A DNA stretch of 63,913 nucleotides, counting the filler, from Octopus bimaculoides (taxonomy: Eukaryota): NCBI RefSeq assembly GCF_001194135.2. It is 5 parts of 5 records of this genome, joined end to end, with 100 filler letters (N's around TTAATTAATTAA, not from the genome) between each part and the next. Parts side by side here need not be neighbours in the genome. Positions count along the whole stretch, not along the records: positions 16,395 to 34,980 come from NC_068984.1; positions 35,081 to 52,793 come from NC_068986.1; 3 more parts are not named here. One strand, 5' to 3'. Positions within the stretch are counted from its first letter, which is position 1, and every line of letters starts with the position of its first letter. The position numbers and the translations under genes are program-made. Positions 27,281-39,841 of this stretch are shown here, piece by piece. The notes under the pieces were generated by a model. It was not told the DNA's origin. It made no database searches and was given only the letters and a program-made list of their open reading frames with translations.

Positions 27281-28039
27281 NNNNNNNNNNNNNNNNNNNN
27301 NNNNNNNNNNNNNNNNNNNNNNNNNNNNNNNNNNNNNNNNNNNNNNNNNNNNNNNNNNNNNNNNNNNNNNNNNNNNNNNNNNNNNNNNNNNNNNNNNNNN
27401 NNNNNNNNNNNNNNNNNNNNNNNNNNNNNNNNNNNNNNNNNNNNNNNNNNNNNNNNNNNNNNNNNNNNNNNNNNNNNNNNNNNNNNNNNNNNNNNNNNNN
27501 NNNNNNNNNNNNNNNNNNNNNNNNNNNNNNNNNNNNNNNNNNNNNNNNNNNNNNNNNNNNNNNNNNNNNNNNNNNNNNNNNNNNNNNNNNNNNNNNNNNN
27601 NNNNNNNNNNNNNNNNNNNNNNNNNNNNNNNNNNNNNNNNNNNNNNNNNNNNNNNNNNNNNNNNNNNNNNNNNNNNNNNNNNNNNNNNNNNNNNNNNNNN
27701 NNNNNNNNNNNNNNNNNNNNNNNNNNNNNNNNNNNNNNNNNNNNNNNNNNNNNNNNNNNNNNNNNNNNNNNNNNNNNNNNNNNNNNNNNNNNNNNNNNNN
27801 NNNNNNNNNNNNNNNNNNNNNNNNNNNNNNNNNNNNNNNNNNNNNNNNNNNNNNNNNNNNNNNNNNNNNNNNNNNNNNNNNNNNNNNNNNNNNNNTATAT
27901 GTATATATGTATGCGTATCTATATATATATGTATGCGTATATATATATGTGTGTGCATATATATGTATGTGTAAGTATGTGTGTGTATACATATATATAT
28001 ATATATGGGAGAATATACAAATAATAACAACAGACGAGG

Positions 28040-28235
28040 ACAGGTGGTGTAAATAACAAAAGTATATATTAGTATGACGCTCGGGAATACGGAAAGTCTT
28101 TGACGTTTCGAGCTACGCTCTTCAACAGAAAGAATACGGAGACAAGGAGCCAGAGTACGAAGAGACGGTAGGTGAAGGAAAGTAAGGTAAAAAAGGATGA
28201 TAAAGGAGGTTTACAAAAGTGGAAAAGTTCAAATA
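28040..28235 (-). mobile_element. Solo Penelope-like terminal repeat (pLTR) fragment
   Basis: GACAGGTGGTGTA..AACAAA..TTAG..TGACGCTCGGGAA..GTCTTT(G/A)ACGTTT..CTA(C/T)GCTCTTC(A/C)ACAG parallels 61645-61740, which lies directly 3' of a Penelope ORF. Confidence 0.65.
28097..28133 (-). ncRNA. Minimal type I hammerhead-ribozyme-like motif with variant core
   Basis: UCUUU-CUGUUGA-A-GAGC(GUA)GCUC-GAAA-C-GUC-AAAGA. Stem I is 5 bp, stem II is 4 bp, the cleavage triplet is GUC; core position 6 is U instead of A. Confidence 0.6.
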
Positions 28236-28249
28236 TATATATATATATT

Positions 28250-28430
28250 GCGGCACTCGGTCGGTTACGACGATGAGGGTTCCAGTTGATCCGATCAACG
28301 AAACAGCCTGCTTGTGAAATTAACGTGCAAGTTGTTGAGCACTCCACAGATAGGTGTGACCATTAATGTAGTTCTCGGGAAGATTCAGCGTGACACAGAG
28401 TGTGACAAGACTGGCCCTTTGAAATACAGA
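28250..28430 (+). mobile_element. SINE-like element (family D)
   Basis: GC-richer block GGTTCCAGTTGATCCGATCAACGAAACAGCCTGCTTGTGAAATTAACGTGCAAG..GATTCAGCGTGACACAGAGTGTGACAAG that I recognise as a cephalopod-type interspersed repeat. Single copy in this window. Confidence 0.45.
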
Positions 28431-29633
28431 TGGTCGCGATTGGAACGTCTTTGACTATAGGTCTGCTCAATGATAGCTAATTTAAGGATAGTAGTCTAAT
28501 ATAGACTATTTCATAATATAAGTATAGCCACGGCTGTAAAGCCTTATTACATAGGTCTGAACTAAGAAGGCTGATATATATAGCTAATGCAACCTTATTC
28601 TTCAAAGAATTGTTTATAAACGTACGTATATATGTTTGAGCGTGAAAGAACACAACTACGTTGAAGTGTTACCTCTCATTTTAGATTGTTCATGTTTTTT
28701 CATAAGCTTCTTACAGTTTGTTCGGAGCCATAGAGTTGTTAAATCTAAACCCAATGTTTCTTGGCCCTCACAGTCTTATTTTCAAGAATTGAATTTGTAT
28801 GTATTTGACGTTTGCGTTGTTTCTTGTATACTGACTGAATTCGTTCGGATTTTTTCCGCTTAATGTTTTTGACCGTTAGCATTACGCACCATCCGCCACG
28901 TGTGATTTGTTTGTTGCGGTCAAATTTTGACCTTTGAGGTATTTATTTTTGATGTCAGTAATCACATGTCAACGTTTTGATGTGTGTGTTTGTGTTAATT
29001 TTCATGAAACTGTGACTCAACAGAGGAACAAAAATCCAGAAATCTGCATAAGGTCATCTGGAGCTACATAATATATTTATTGCTTGAAACTAATTCCCCT
29101 TAACTCATATACTACCATCTTAAGAGGCAGAACACAATGGGTAATATAGTAAGAGCTACAATACCTACAAAACAAAGAGGTTCACCACGGCCGGAACGCC
29201 TTTGGTCGTAGACCTACTTAATCAAAGCTGATATGGAGCTGAGTAACAACAATACTGAAATTGACTTCAGTTAATATTCCATCATGATTGAGGATTCTTT
29301 CTTGTGTTTGCTGCACTGTTCAGCTTTTAAGAATACACAATGTCTTTAACGTAGATTTTATGAGAAATCCTATCGGTTTCTTATAGAAACCAATTATTCG
29401 ATTTGACTTAGGCTCTAGCCTTCCTCTGGCGGCTTATTCCACCAGGATAGGTGAATAAGTCGTCAAGTCAAAACGAATTTTTAAAATAAATTTGACGACT
29501 TTAAATATTGTCTTCCGAACAGTAAATGTTCCATTCTTATTCTTAAACTTGCTTTTAAAAAATATCATCCTTAAATTAACAGATACCAAGCATAACAAAC
29601 TTTTCTTCAATTTTTTTCTTTTCTTCCTTTCTT

Positions 29634-29661
29634 CTGATGAAGGACTAGCGTTCGAAACGCA
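29634..29661 (+). ncRNA. Decayed hammerhead-like motif
   Basis: CUGAUGA-A-GGAC(UAGC)GUUC-GAAAC-GCA. Core and stem II are intact, the cleavage triplet is mutated, and no stem I is evident. Confidence 0.4.
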
Positions 29662-30224
29662 CACTTTCCTTGCTATTTTAGCGTTAAACCAATAGATTTG
29701 CTAAAACTCTTCTCTTTCGTGCTGTATTCTTTTTGCCGTTCACTGCCTTACTAATATATATTTCATAATACAGACTTCATAGACTCATACCATGAGCTTC
29801 AGATAAACATCATATATTTTTTTCTATATAATTCATATACATTTCCTACATATATAGTATTTCACTCGACTTACAATATGTAACATTTATATTGCCCTCA
29901 AATCGCACCTGACTGTCGTGAAAAGAGGCGTTGAATCATACAGTCCGAAGTATATTAACTAGAAAAAAAGGCAGAGTGGTCAGAATTGGACTATTTTTCA
30001 CTGTATGTCTTTTAAATCAGAGCCAGTTGATAAACAATAACAACAATTATATAAATCTAAGTCACTGGGTCTTTATATGTTTCGTTAGCTCTCAGCATTT
30101 CAATTTCATCCAACCTGCAACGGGCTTGTATTTTATTGTGAAGATGTATGTTGGTCAACCACTAAACGCAAAGAAATCTGGGAAAAAACTTCTAATGTGA
30201 ACTAACCCTATGATGGGTTTGTTC

Positions 30225-30478
30225 ACATTATTCCGTAAGGAGCACAGGGCCACTTTCTGGTTTCTTTGACATATATATTATTCCTCTTTGGATGAGACGC
30301 CGGTCTGTAGCAGGATTACTCATTTTTGCTGGCTGAGTGGACTGGAGCAACGTGAAATAAAGTGTTTTACTCAAGAACACAAGAACACAACGCGTTTCCC
30401 GGTCCAGGAATCGAAACCACAATCTTACGATCGTGAATCCATCACCACTACACTAATCACTAATCCATGCGCCTCCGC
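30225..30478 (-). mobile_element. tRNA-derived SINE family C
   Basis: GCTGAGTGGACTGGAGCAACGTGAAATAAAGTGTTTTACTCAAGAACAC..CCGGTCCAGGAATCGAAACCAC (reverse B-box). Confidence 0.8.
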
Positions 30479-31852
30479 AATAAACGTTTGGTATTTTTTG
30501 GTACTTTCCAATAACTACTTTTGTCTAAGTTACAGTAAATTAACCAAACAAGCAATCAGATATTTATAAAATAAAAAGATTTTTTCTGGAAATTCGTTGA
30601 ATCGTCCAAGAAAATATTTGCAAAGAACCCGTGTTTTTCTCACAAATACCTGCATCCATTAATTTTATAAGATTGTTGTCTTCGTTTTAAATATCTTCGT
30701 TTATTTATTATTATTTGGCGGGGGGGGGCTTTCCTTGTTTTGTTTATTTGTGTGGAGAAGACGTGGAATTTCCACCCTTTTGTGGGTGTACGTGTTCAGA
30801 TTGTCGGTTCCAAGCATGGTTTGTTATGCAGAAAATAGAAATCTAATGAGATTAATGCAGTATGCAGTTTCTTATAATGTACCATACATTTAGCGAACGT
30901 GACTGACAATTTAAGTGACGAATGACAAGTGATGATTCTGTTGTTTATAAGTATTTCTCTTGTTAACTATCGCCTTGCATTCTATTCCTTTCTTGCGTCT
31001 ATTAATGCTCTGCAGAAGTTTGGTGTTCCAGGTCAAATATTACTTCTACCCCTCCCCTACAACACTATGGTGTTTTGTCGAAGAACACAGAGCATAAATA
31101 ACAAAACTGTCTCGTATTTCATGTGCACTTCCCTCTGTATCGCTCTAGATTTGCATTTAGCGACTGCATTTCTCAGCCAGGACAGACAGTTAGAAGGGGA
31201 AAAAAAAGAAACGTTTGTTTGTAACAACATTAAGTGCATTGCAAATATGATGCACTTAACTTGCATGACAATGTTGCCAGGTTTTCAGTGAAGCTCTATC
31301 ATTAGGACGTCGTTTTTTTCGTTCGATCATGTTTAAACTGTCTATTGGTGGTGGATATCAAAGAGATATTATAAGCTATTGAATACGAAAGATGACGACA
31401 GTAAGGAAATAAGAATACTGAAAAGAAATAGGGAAGATAAATACTAATAAAGAGCCGCACGCCGGTAGTTTTCTCACAGATGTTTTTACACATATAATGT
31501 ATTAATATAACATATACATATGCGCATGCATGTAGGCATACATGCATGCTTATATGTGAGTGTTTGTGTGTGCTCTCGCATATGTGTCTGTGAGTGTGTT
31601 ATGCACACGTCTTTGTATGTGGTGCAATATTGTGTTTTTATTAGTAATAACATATTTATGCCTGTATATATGTTCCTTTTTTATTCACTTACTAACTGTT
31701 ATATAATGTTTTTCACACATACGCAAACATGCAGGATTACATTGCATACATACTGTAAAGTATATATCTCTTATTAGAAGCTCAAAATTCTTGAAGTGAG
31801 AAACTAAGAACAACGATTCAAGAAACTTTACCTCATATTAACAATTATGCAT

Positions 31853-32085
31853 ATATCGCGGATGTTACGTTCTAAAAACAACCCTCGCGATAGGAGAAAA
31901 TCCGCGAAATAGAAACAGTACTGTACTGTATTTTTTTTTTTTTTTTGCTATCATAATTTGTATATATTTATTTTATTATAAATGAAAAAGAACACCGGGA
32001 AGGAATCGACGAAAGCTTAAATACTAAAAAACCGCGGTAGGTGAACCACGAAAGGTAAACCGCGATATGGTGAAGGATTACTGTA
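31853..32085. mobile_element. Tigger/pogo-like MITE, one terminal inverted repeat truncated
   Basis: Ends AAACCGCGATATGGTGAAGGATTACTGTA (reverse CAGT.. TIR followed by TA). The left end TATCGCGG pairs with the internal CCGCGATA. Confidence 0.55.
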
Positions 32086-32096
32086 TATATTTTTTA

Positions 32097-32422
32097 TTCT
32101 CTTACTTGTTTCAGTCATTTGACTGCGGCCATGCTGGAGCACCGCTTTTAGTCGACCAAATCGACCGCAGGACTTATTCTTTGTAAGCTTAATACTTATT
32201 CTGTCAGGCTTTTTTGCCGAACCACTACGTTACGGGCACGGAAACACACCAGCATCGGTTGTTAAGCGATGGTGGGGGTACACGACAGGCTTCTTTCAGT
32301 TTCCGTCTACCAAATCCACCCACAAGGTTTTGGTAGAAGACACTTGCCCAAGGTGCCACTCGGTGGGACTGAACCCGGAACCATGTGGTTGGAAAGCAAG
32401 CTTCTTACCACACAGCCACGCC
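32097..32422 (-). mobile_element. SINE family A
   Basis: Collinear with 1058-1458. Confidence 0.85.
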
Positions 32423-32651
32423 TATATATATAAATATATACTTGTGGGGGAGGGGGGAAGTAAGCTGAGATATAGGGGCGCAACTATAAATCATGTGTGA
32501 AGAGTCAACAATATTGCCGAGTGCATTCGTCGGCGACTAATCAACTCTAAAATGCTATAAATAGTAATATACTACACGTGGATAGATAGATACATACATA
32601 CATGTATGTGTGTGAGTGTATACGTGTGTGTGTGTGTGTGTGTGTGTGTGA

Positions 32652-32880
32652 AAAGAACCTGTGCTAGTGCCATGTGAAAGCACTGGTGTTGGTGCCGCGT
32701 AAAAAGCACCCAGTACACTCTGTAAAGTATTTGACGTTAGAAAGGGTAACCAGCCGCAGAAACCATACTACATCAGACAATTGGAGCCCGGTACAGCTCT
32801 TCGTCTTACCAGCTCCTGTCAGGCCATCCAACCCATGCCGGTACGAAAAACGGACCTCAATGATGATGATGATGATTATG
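32652..32880 (+). mobile_element. SINE-like element (family E) with (GAT)n tail
   Basis: GGTGCCGCGTAAAAAGCACCCAGTACACTCTGTAAAG..CCATCCAACCCATGCC..AAAACGGAC..AATGATGATG, a 3' end of the RTE-partner SINE type. Confidence 0.55.
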
Positions 32881-32885
32881 ATAAT

Positions 32886-32937
<52 letters not shown>

Positions 32938-34570
32938 GTATGTATGTATGTATGTATGTCTCTTAGTTTTTAATTATTATAAATCCTCCACTGTGGAGGG
33001 AGCTGGTTTCCGACAAAGATACAAGGCTCCGTCTTCGGGATGTAGTTAACACAGACAAATTCACATTTAGAACTTGAGAAAAGTCTTGCATATCTTTACT
33101 GTTCCACTCACAGATTGCACTTGTAATGCACGAATCAGCCGGTCAGTTTCTCTTTCTGAAAATCCCTGTATGTATGTATGTATGTATGTATGTATGTTGT
33201 ATAATTACATTCGTATATACACATATGAAATATTTAAGATATGCATGTGTGTAGATACACATGCACGCGCATACATTCAAAAATACACACAGGGAAAAAG
33301 ATGGAGAGGGGGAGAGGGGGACGGCGAAGGGTAGATAGATGAGGAAATAAGATCGTTATTTATATGAACAGATTCTTTTGTGAGGATAAAGAGCAGAGAT
33401 AGTGATACAGAGAATTGGCAAGGAATGAAACTACCTCCCATAGAAGTAATGTCGCGTTGTCGTTGTTGCTGCTGCTGCTGTTGTAGATGTTGTTGTTGGC
33501 GTCGTCGTCGTAACTGAGATGGTAATTTACAAAAATTAGTGTGTAAAGGAAAACAGAAATAGCTTCCGAAAAAAGAAAGATAAAAAAGAGAACGGTAGAA
33601 AATATGATTAATTAACAGAAAGACAAAGAATAATTAAAGAGTCGACGGTTGTTTTGTTGATTTTGGTTTGTTTTCGCCTCAGAATGGTAGTATTGTTCTT
33701 TAAGAACAACAAATTTAGCATGTTTTTTTTTTTCGTAGGTTCTTTGTTTTTTTTTGTTTTTGCTTTTGATATATTTGTTTCCTTCTTTTTCTCTTTTGTT
33801 TTGTTTTTCTTGTTGTTGTTGCGGGAAGTGCAGTTTTATCATTCCACCGTTAATCTTAGACGTAAAAGCTGTCTTTCTCTTCTTCGCCATTTTCTCCGCT
33901 CCTAATTACCGCTTTCTTTCCTCCTCTTTTTTTATCCTTCTCTCAACCATCCTCCTCTCTCTTTCTCTTTTACCGTCTCTTCATTTTATTTATTTATTTA
34001 TTTATTTATTTATCATTCATCATTTCTGATACGTTCTTGTTCATTTTCTTTTCACAATTCAAATATGGCAACGACCAAAACAAAAAACCCAAAAAACAAA
34101 TTAAATAAATAAGACAAGAAAAACGGAAAGAACTAAGAAAGCGAAGAAGCGAGAATTTGTCTTTTAGTGTTGCCTTAAACCAAGGGCTACCCAGATATCC
34201 CCCACCCCAGCCATGTATATCAATTGCGCATTGATTGCTAAACAACATGTGCACGCTGTTTAGACTTCACGCACGCATTAACAACAGCTAGCAAACACTT
34301 CGAGCAAATATTTAAAATGAGATTGCGCGTTGTGCTGTCTGTGCTGGTACAAGCATGCTAGCATACACAAGTGCATATATATACATATATATATATATAT
34401 GTGTGTGTGTAAATGCACACACACACACTGAAACACACATGAGCAGGCAAACACATGTAACTGCACGCAGACATCACACACACACATAAACATACGTGCA
34501 TACATATTTACGGGCATGCGTGTGAATTCAGTTCTCATTCAAGCGCAAATGCTCACACACACTCACACAC

Positions 34571-34597
<27 letters not shown>

Positions 34598-34604
<7 letters not shown>

Positions 34605-34762
34605 GCTTTTGTATTAATAATCTGCAAGAGTTGAAGAGTGACTCAAGGGCCAAGTGTTTCGTGCGTTGGCACTTATCAAGTTTGATTAGTGCCAACGCTC
34701 CAGACACTCGGTCTTTGTGCCAATCTGTAACTTCGGCTGATTATTAAAGGAAACGTATATAC
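34598..34762. mobile_element. Palindromic fold-back MITE
   Basis: Two ~80-bp arms in constant register about 34680/34681, with a perfect core GCGTTGGCACT/AGTGCCAACGC. TATACG..TTAATAA occurs at both ends, and the left end abuts (TA)n. Confidence 0.7.
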
Positions 34763-34936
34763 ACTCATGCTTTGAATTCTAGTTTTCCTGGTTGCATCAT
34801 CAAACCTGATAGAGAGGGAGAGAGACTGAGAGGACCATATAGAGGAAGAGAGAGAGAGAGAGAGTAATGCGTGTATTGTGTATTATATGCTTGTGTATAT
34901 ATGTATGTATGTATGTGTATATATATATATATATAT

Positions 34937-34980
<44 letters not shown>

Positions 34981-35080
34981 NNNNNNNNNNNNNNNNNNNN
35001 NNNNNNNNNNNNNNNNNNNNNNNNTTAATTAATTAANNNNNNNNNNNNNNNNNNNNNNNNNNNNNNNNNNNNNNNNNNNN

Positions 35081-35250
35081 AAATATATATAACATACAGA
35101 AAATTGCACTACTGGGCACTGCACACATCCTACGCAAAACACTTTCAATACAGTAACCATAAGAGCACCACAGCAAACCACAGCACATACCCAAGGCGCA
35201 CAGAGCTGCGCTCGGTAGTGAAGTGAAAGCACGTTATAAAAATAAAACTA

Positions 35251-35254
<4 letters not shown>
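35081..35254 (+). mobile_element. R4/Dong-like LINE 3' end with (TAA)n tail
   Basis: NIYNIQKIALLGTAHILRKTLSIQ* plus the 3' UTR CCAAGGCGCACAGAGCTGCGCTCGGTAGTGAAGTG; nearly identical to 38380-38551. Confidence 0.85.
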
Positions 35255-35324
<70 letters not shown>

Positions 35325-35329
35325 CGACG

Positions 35330-35364
<35 letters not shown>

Positions 35365-35382
35365 AATAATAATAATAATAAT

Positions 35383-35900
35383 AATGTTACTGTCCTCTGG
35401 AATTTTCCTGTCAACTCTGACAGAACGATCCACGCTGATCGAGCAAGCATAATTGTTAAGGACTGAGAAGAAAATACTTGTACACTAATAGATGTAGGTG
35501 TTCCCACTGATAAAAATATATCTGTCAAGGAATTTGACAAATTAAGTAAATATAAGGACCTGGAAATTGAAATACAAAAGATGTGAGGTCTCAATACGAG
35601 AACTGTTCCTGTTATTGTAGGTACCCTTGGTATGATGAAAAAAGGGATGTCAGAAATATATTGATAAGATACCAGGGGAACCATGTCTCAGAGAAATCCA
35701 AAAGATTGTTCTGACAAATACTGCCCACATCTTTAGAAAAACCCAATCCATTTCAACGCCTGTTATATTATATGAAGTTATTTCACTACCTCCTCTCCCC
35801 AAGCTATCAGTCATTCTGTAACATCTCTTATCCATCACTGGACCCAGGACGCTGGGTGTGCTTCGGCACCTGGCTGTAACAAAGATGCAGATTAAAAGTA
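35383..35900 (+). mobile_element. R4/Dong-like LINE RLE endonuclease fragment, second family
   Basis: VTVLWNFPVNSDRTIHADRASIIVKD*EENTCTLIDVGVPTDKNISVKEFDKLSKYKDLEIEI..VPVIVGTLG (decayed PD..D..K motif); (AAT/AAC)n on both sides. Confidence 0.85.
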
Positions 35901-35910
35901 AATAATAATA

Positions 35911-35994
<84 letters not shown>

Positions 35995-36092
35995 TAGTGT
36001 AAATTAAACAATTTTGATTAAATGATAATTATTCATTGGACGATATTTAAATTTTCCGTGAATTTTTTCACGGGTCCAGCGAGTTTTTTATT

Positions 36093-36453
<361 letters not shown>

Positions 36454-36473
36454 ATAATAATAATAATAACAAC

Positions 36474-36559
<86 letters not shown>

Positions 36560-36655
36560 TGAATATATATATATACGTGTGTATATATTAATATGTATAT
36601 TTGCACACATATGTATATTAAATTATTGTGTGAAAGTATATGTTAAACATATCCG

Positions 36656-37858
36656 TTACAGCACTTCTCTATATACAATGTTTCTAATGTAGGTGATTCC
36701 CCTTCCGCGATCTTGAGTGGATTCGTTTTGAGGTATCATTTTAACCCTCACACTGTTCATCGCCCTTGCTCTTGAAAGAGCTGCGTAAAGCTGACCATGA
36801 GTGAAGCATGGCTGTGGCAAGTGTATGCCAACTTCATCGAATGTTTGCCCCTGTGCTTTATTGATTGTCATAGAATAGGACAGACGAACCGGGAACTGGG
36901 TCTGATGCAGAATGAATGGAATGTTTGCATCGCTTCGAATAAGTTTGATTCTTGGAATCAGTAGTCTCATGTGAGAATGAAATCCACTTATAACTGACGC
37001 TTCGATGCAATGCTTATGAAGCTGAAGGACTTCCAAGCGAGTTCCGTTGTACGGAAGTATAATAATTGTTCCAGCTTTTAAGTTGAGGTGATGAAGAGGC
37101 ATTCCAGAATGTGTAAGATAGTTTATAAACTTCATGGGATAATTCTGAGCTTCTTCTTCATTAGCGGAAGTTACTGAATTGGTGCTTAGATATGTTTTAG
37201 TTTCAGTGTGAAATCTACTTAGAATTTCTTCATTTACTGCTAAGCAGTCTGAATTTTTAGGGGATAAGGTTACTCTATTTTTCATTTCTTCTGTTGTACA
37301 ATTGTCAAATATATCAGATACCGAAGAATTGTTGCATATGCATGCCCCACGAATATCAATAGTATCTTCTGCAAGATTATCAAGAGAGCTTTGAAGAAAT
37401 CCACTTCCAAGTTGTAGTAGCAATCTCGAAAAATCTTGTTCATTTGCATTTGTTCTCCTCAATTTTGATGTAAGTTGCATTTGATGAAAATTATCCCACA
37501 TAGAGGAGCGTTTGAGGCAGGCATCAAGTACAGCAGCAGGAGGAACTCTGGGAACAACTGGAAGAACTTGTCTAAAATCTCCTCCTGGTACATTAATTTT
37601 CCCACCAAATATACTATTACTATTCATATCTCTTAAATAATTATCTATAGCTTTCAGAGTATAAACTGGCATCGTTGAAGTTTCGTCAATAATGAAGACT
37701 TTTATTCGTCTAAGGATGTCTCCTTGATCAGAATTTGGTGGAACATTGCACACACTTGTTTCATTCAAAGGAACTGGAAGTTTGAATATACTGTGAAGAG
37801 TTTTACCACCTTTCAAGAGTGTTGCAGTAATGCCAGTCCAGAAGCCAAGGGAAATAAC
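36656..37858 (-). mobile_element. Helitron PIF1-family helicase, C-terminal ~400 codons in one open frame
   Basis: WTGITATLLKGGKTLHS, FIIDE, FGGK..GGDFRQVLPVV, QFPVRLSYSMTINKAQGQT and FTHGQLYAALSRA are present. Walker A and the Rep domain are absent. Confidence 0.9.
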
Positions 37859-37929
37859 TCGAATTTAATCTTGACTTATCTCTCTTAGCGTGACAAACAC
37901 CGACGGTACAAGCATATTAATATATAGAT

Positions 37930-38130
37930 AGTAATGGTTTCAAATTTTGGAATAAGGCCAGCAATTTCGGGTAAAGGTTAAGTCGATTGCATCGACCCCA
38001 GTCCTCAACTGGTATTTATTTTATCGTTCACGAAAGGATGAAAGATAAGGTCAACCTCGGTGGAATTTGAACTCAGAAATGCTGAGCATTTTTGCCCGGC
38101 AGGCTAATGATTTTGCCACCTCGTCGCCTT
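37930..38130 (-). mobile_element. SINE family B
   Basis: GAAAGGATGAAAGATAAGGTCAACCTCGGTGGAATTTGAACTCAGAA is the reverse complement of the B body. Confidence 0.8.
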
Positions 38131-38131
38131 A

Positions 38132-38551
<420 letters not shown>

Positions 38552-38597
38552 AATAATAATAATAATAATAATAATCGATCAATTATACGTCTTTAAT

Positions 38598-38930
38598 TCC
38601 AGGATCGTAAAAAGAGGACAAAAAAATACAATCCCTTAAAATTTGCAATAGGAAGAATTTGGAGTATGTGAAGGTCGTGCCCACAATAAATAACTGGTGC
38701 ATTGGGAACAAACAGTAAGCGAAGACAGAGATAAATGATTGAAGGGGATTGGAATAGAATGCCCTGTAGAGCTCCTACAGAAAGTTTGTCTCTAAGGGAC
38801 AGCAAGGATTATCAGGAGAGTTCTAAGCACTTGAAAGAGTGCTGAAAACTTGTGGATGCCTAAGGTTACAGGTAGTAACCCGCTACCCACATAAATCCTA
38901 CCAGGAATAAGACCGAACCTGAGTCAAGCC
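38598..38930 (+). mobile_element. R4/Dong-like LINE 3' fragment, third family
   Basis: KYNPLKFAIGRIWSM..GALGT..IECPVELLQKVCL*GTARIIRRVLST*, followed by (AAT)n. Confidence 0.7.
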
Positions 38931-38968
38931 AAATAATAATAATAATGATAATAATAATAATAATAATG

Positions 38969-39041
<73 letters not shown>

Positions 39042-39060
39042 TGATGATGATGATCATCAT

Positions 39061-39300
39061 CATTTCATTTATTTGCTACAAGGACGAAGGATGATGGGGG
39101 ATAATACATAGACAGATATGAAGTGTGGGGGATTTACATATGATAATGAAATGATGAAAAAAATAAAAAATGTGAAAACATAAAGTATACACGGTATACA
39201 CCGGAAAAGAAGGTACATATGCATAGCATACAAAGGTAAAAAAAAGAAACGGGGGAAGATGATAGAGATTGTGGCCTTCCTGATACAGGAACGCCTCTAG
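39061..39300 (-). mobile_element. Probable non-LTR retrotransposon 3' UTR with (ATG)n tail
   Basis: The minus strand is pyrimidine-rich and ends GTAGCAAATAAATGAAATGATGATG. No coding motif was seen. Confidence 0.3.
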
Positions 39301-39405
39301 GGACAATCGAGGAATTCCACTATCCGAGATTTCCCTGAAACTAGTCGATTATATCGACCCCAGTGTTTCACCTCGACGGAATTTGAACTCAGAACGTAAC
39401 GACGG

Positions 39406-39750
39406 TATAGGCACACGCCAGAAAAGGTCACAGAAAACGAGAAAGCAACCATACTCTGGGATATGCCAATACACACAGATAGAGAAATTAAGGCCAATAG
39501 GCCAGATATAGTTGTCAGAGATCATGAAGAAAAAAAATGCTTTCTAATTGATGTATCAATACCAGATGACAAAGTTTCTCTAGAAGAAATGGAGAAACTT
39601 TCAAAATACAAAGACCTGGGAATAGAGGTAACTCGAATGTGGAATCTAAAAACAGAAACAATACCTACCATAGTGGGTGCATTAGGTATGATAAAAAATA
39701 TTCAGACAAATACATAACAAAAACACGTTATAAAAATAATAAAAGTACTG
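39406..39750 (+). mobile_element. R4/Dong-like LINE RLE fragment with internal deletion
   Basis: HTPEKVTENEKATILWDMPIHTDREIKANRPDIVVRDHEEKKCFLIDVSIPDD..EKLSKYKDL. The sequence jumps from ACAAAAAC to ACGTTATAAAAAT of the 3' UTR. Confidence 0.9.
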
Positions 39751-39764
39751 AATAAAAAAACAAA

Positions 39765-39841
<77 letters not shown>

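Noticed and set aside
30761-30773. GTGGAATTTCCAC, a kB-like near-palindrome
   Set aside because: It is a single short motif without supporting context, and such motifs are expected by chance.
31230-31259. Hairpin TTAAGTGCAT/ATGCACTTAA containing GTGCATTG, like the start of miR-33
   Set aside because: The stem is only 10 bp and similarity ends after 8 nt, which is too short for a pre-miRNA.
33435-33513. Possible minus-strand exon of decayed trinucleotide repeats
   Set aside because: All three frames are open only because of low complexity, and the donor is weak.
33612-33890. MAKKRK.. ORF with a good Kozak context
   Set aside because: The Lys/Asn/Gln richness comes from poly-A tracts; there is no domain or splice support.
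36656-37858. Host PIF1 gene
   Set aside because: It is intronless, 5'-truncated and has Helitron-type motifs, and a second diverged fragment occurs at 57720-58259.
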